This document shows positions 62,147 through 64,000 of a stretch of 64,000 bases of DNA, piece after piece. The number at the start of each line of letters is the position of its first letter. Position 1 is the stretch's first letter. A program made the translations under genes and the position numbers. Source of the stretch: Acidobacteriota bacterium (GTDB taxonomy: Bacteria > Acidobacteriota > UBA890 > WLXD01); NCBI GenBank assembly GCA_965248695.1, contig CBDFKD010000002.1:1984001-2048000 (forward strand), given 5' to 3'. The notes beneath the pieces were generated by a model, which was not told the DNA's origin, made no database searches, and saw only the letters and a program-made list of their open reading frames with translations.

Positions 62147-64000
62147 CTACTCCTCGTCGTCGGCCACCGCTCCCGACCTGACGATCGGCAGGCTCACGTG
62201 CGACGGGTACTCCGCCGAGTGGTGCACGATCTGGTTGGCCAGCACCCACTCGGTCTCGTCGTAATTGTTGCCGCCGGTGTTCATGTTGCGGTCAAAGCGT
62301 GGGAAGTCGCTGCTCGTCACGTCGACACGGATGCGGTGGCCCTTGCCGAAGTAGTTCGACGACGAGTGCAGGTCGAGTCGGATCTCGTAGACTTCGCCTT
62401 CGTCCATCCAAACTGGGACAGAGTCGTTGTCGCGGTAGCGTACCCGACGGGCTCCCGACTGCAGGTTGAAGGCACGGCCGTCCGGGTACACGTCGACCAG
62501 CTTGAGCATGAAGTCGGTGTCCTTGGCGTCGGAGCCGACGTAGAGCACGGCGCTGATGTCGCCGCTCATCTCGATGCCTTCCTCGAGCGGCTCCGACGTG
62601 TAGACCAGGACGTCGGCGCGCATCTCGTTGTTCGACTGGTCGTAGGCACCGGATCCGTCGGGCAGACCAGTGCAGCAGGTGTTGCCGCCGCGCGTCGGCA
62701 CCGGAGTACCCGGGTCGTAAGTGTAGCGATCGGCCGGCTGGTCGCCGCTCGGCGCGCTCCACGACAGGGTGCCATCGCCAAAGCGGCTGTTGGCGCGGCC
62801 TCCCGAATTGAGGAACATCTTGGTGTCGGTGGTGCCCTGCGGCGGCCACACGTCCGACTCACGCCACTCGTTGGCGCCCATCAGGTAGTACTGCACCCTT
62901 GGCATGTCGGTGATGCCGTTGTCGTCGCCGTCGAGCCAGTGCGCCATCCAGCGCATGTAGATGTCGAGGAAGTCCTTGCGGGCGTCGCCGAGCTCGCGCT
63001 CACCGATGATGGTGTTCTCGGTGGCGCGCGCCCAGCCGCAATGGGTCGAGGGGGCGACGATGACGAACTGGTTGTTGCGCGCGTGTTCGCTGACGGCGTT
63101 GTCGCGCATCTGGTTGAACATCGTCAAGGTCTCGTCGACGCCGAAGTCGTACCAGGAGTCGATGTACAGCGCCGGCACGTCGAAGGTGTCGTCGGAGCGG
63201 ATGAAATCGTTGTCGTAGAAGTAGTCCGACTCCGGTGGGTTACGGAGGTACTCCTCGTAGTCGGTGTGCGTCATGCCGGTGTTCTTAACCAGGTCGATCA
63301 CCGGGAGCGCATCGAAGGCACCGACGCGGTTGCGGCCCCCACCACCTTCGACGCCACGACGCGGATCGGCGTAGTTCTCGAACTTGCGCGCCATTTCGCC
63401 CTTGAACCACTCCTCGCGATCGAGGTGATCTGGCGGCTGCAGGAACACCGTGCTGCCAGCGCCCATGAACCAACCGGCGGTCTGCGCCAGCTCGAACACG
63501 CCACCGTCGTACGACGCCCAGGGCCGGCCGGGCGGGTAATAGGCCGACGACGGCGCCTGCGGCAACGCCGCAATATGGTTGGGGTGCTTGGAGGCCGCCA
63601 GTGCCAGCTGTGTCTCCCCCAGGTACGAGCAGCCGAAGCTGGCCACCTTCTGGTCAGACCACGGCTGGCTGATCAGCCACTCCACCGTGTCGTAACCGTC
63701 CTCGCGATCCGAATAGCGCAGCCGATAGTTGCCTTCGGACTCGTAGCGGCCACGGATATCCTGCACCGCCACCACATAGCCCTTGTCGACGAACCTCGCG
63801 ACGGTGTCGCCGCGGCCGCTGTTCTCCTTGTTGTAGGGCGTGCGGATGAGGACGGTCGAGTGCGGACCCTCGGCACCATCGGGAAAGTACAGGTCGGTCG
63901 ACATGCGCACCCCGTCACGCATCGGCACCATGTTGCTGCGATCACGGCGCACCTCGTAACCGTCCTGGGAGGCCCAGCTGGATGCGCCCCCGGTTGCCGA
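62147..64000 (-). CDS. CocE/NonD family hydrolase, 5' end beyond the window
   Basis: PMRDGV, RTPY, QDIRGRYESEG, GCSYLG, SSDFPRFDRN; the frame stays open to the window end. Confidence 0.93.
   Translation of the reverse strand, partial: SATGGASSWASQDGYEVRRDRSNMVPMRDGVRMSTDLYFPDGAEGPHSTVLIRTPYNKENSGRGDTVARFVDKGYVVAVQDIRGRYESEGNYRLRYSDREDGYDTVEWLISQPWSDQKVASFGCSYLGETQLALAASKHPNHIAALPQAPSSAYYPPGRPWASYDGGVFELAQTAGWFMGAGSTVFLQPPDHLDREEWFKGEMARKFENYADPRRGVEGGGGRNRVGAFDALPVIDLVKNTGMTHTDYEEYLRNPPESDYFYDNDFIRSDDTFDVPALYIDSWYDFGVDETLTMFNQMRDNAVSEHARNNQFVIVAPSTHCGWARATENTIIGERELGDARKDFLDIYMRWMAHWLDGDDNGITDMPRVQYYLMGANEWRESDVWPPQGTTDTKMFLNSGGRANSRFGDGTLSWSAPSGDQPADRYTYDPGTPVPTRGGNTCCTGLPDGSGAYDQSNNEMRADVLVYTSEPLEEGIEMSGDISAVLYVGSDAKDTDFMLKLVDVYPDGRAFNLQSGARRVRYRDNDSVPVWMDEGEVYEIRLDLHSSSNYFGKGHRIRVDVTSSDFPRFDRNMNTGGNNYDETEWVLANQIVHHSAEYPSHVSLPIVRSGAVADDEE

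Noticed and set aside
1-64000. Alternative genetic code (stop reassignment)
   Set aside because: The three internal stops are three different codons, and TGA and TAG terminate dozens of intact genes, many in ATGA/GTGA overlaps.

Overview
High-GC, densely coding chromosomal window with about 45 CDS. I found no rRNA, tRNA, CRISPR array, transposase or phage genes. Two Acidobacteria-style VWA proteins, DUF5916, CRTAC1/ASPIC and BlaI/BlaR1 suggest an Acidobacteriota-like heterotroph (inference). Content: an ECF sigma cassette, BlaI/BlaR1, HU, HflX, a ComDE-like/cyclase/ACE-peptidase operon, a stand-alone Clp D2 ATPase, MatB-like ligase plus SSS transporter, ccr, BCCT, four exported amide hydrolases, polyamine/methylamine/guanidino catabolic genes, a compact PEP carboxylase and CocE/NonD. 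Most notable: (1) a ~400-nt stem-rich intergenic region (20590-20980) with mutually exclusive terminator/antiterminator pairings upstream of an unknown small Cys-rich gene; (2) four reading-frame lesions (a +1 frameshift, TAA, TAG, TGA) that fall in two pairs of adjacent coupled genes; (3) a BlaR1 whose sensor is replaced by codon-patterned coiled-coil repeats, with a visible tandem BlaI operator; (4) a single-ring Clp ATPase retaining an LGF ClpP-docking motif; (5) a candidate methyl-guanidino catabolic cluster. All calls come from motif recognition by eye; no searches were run.
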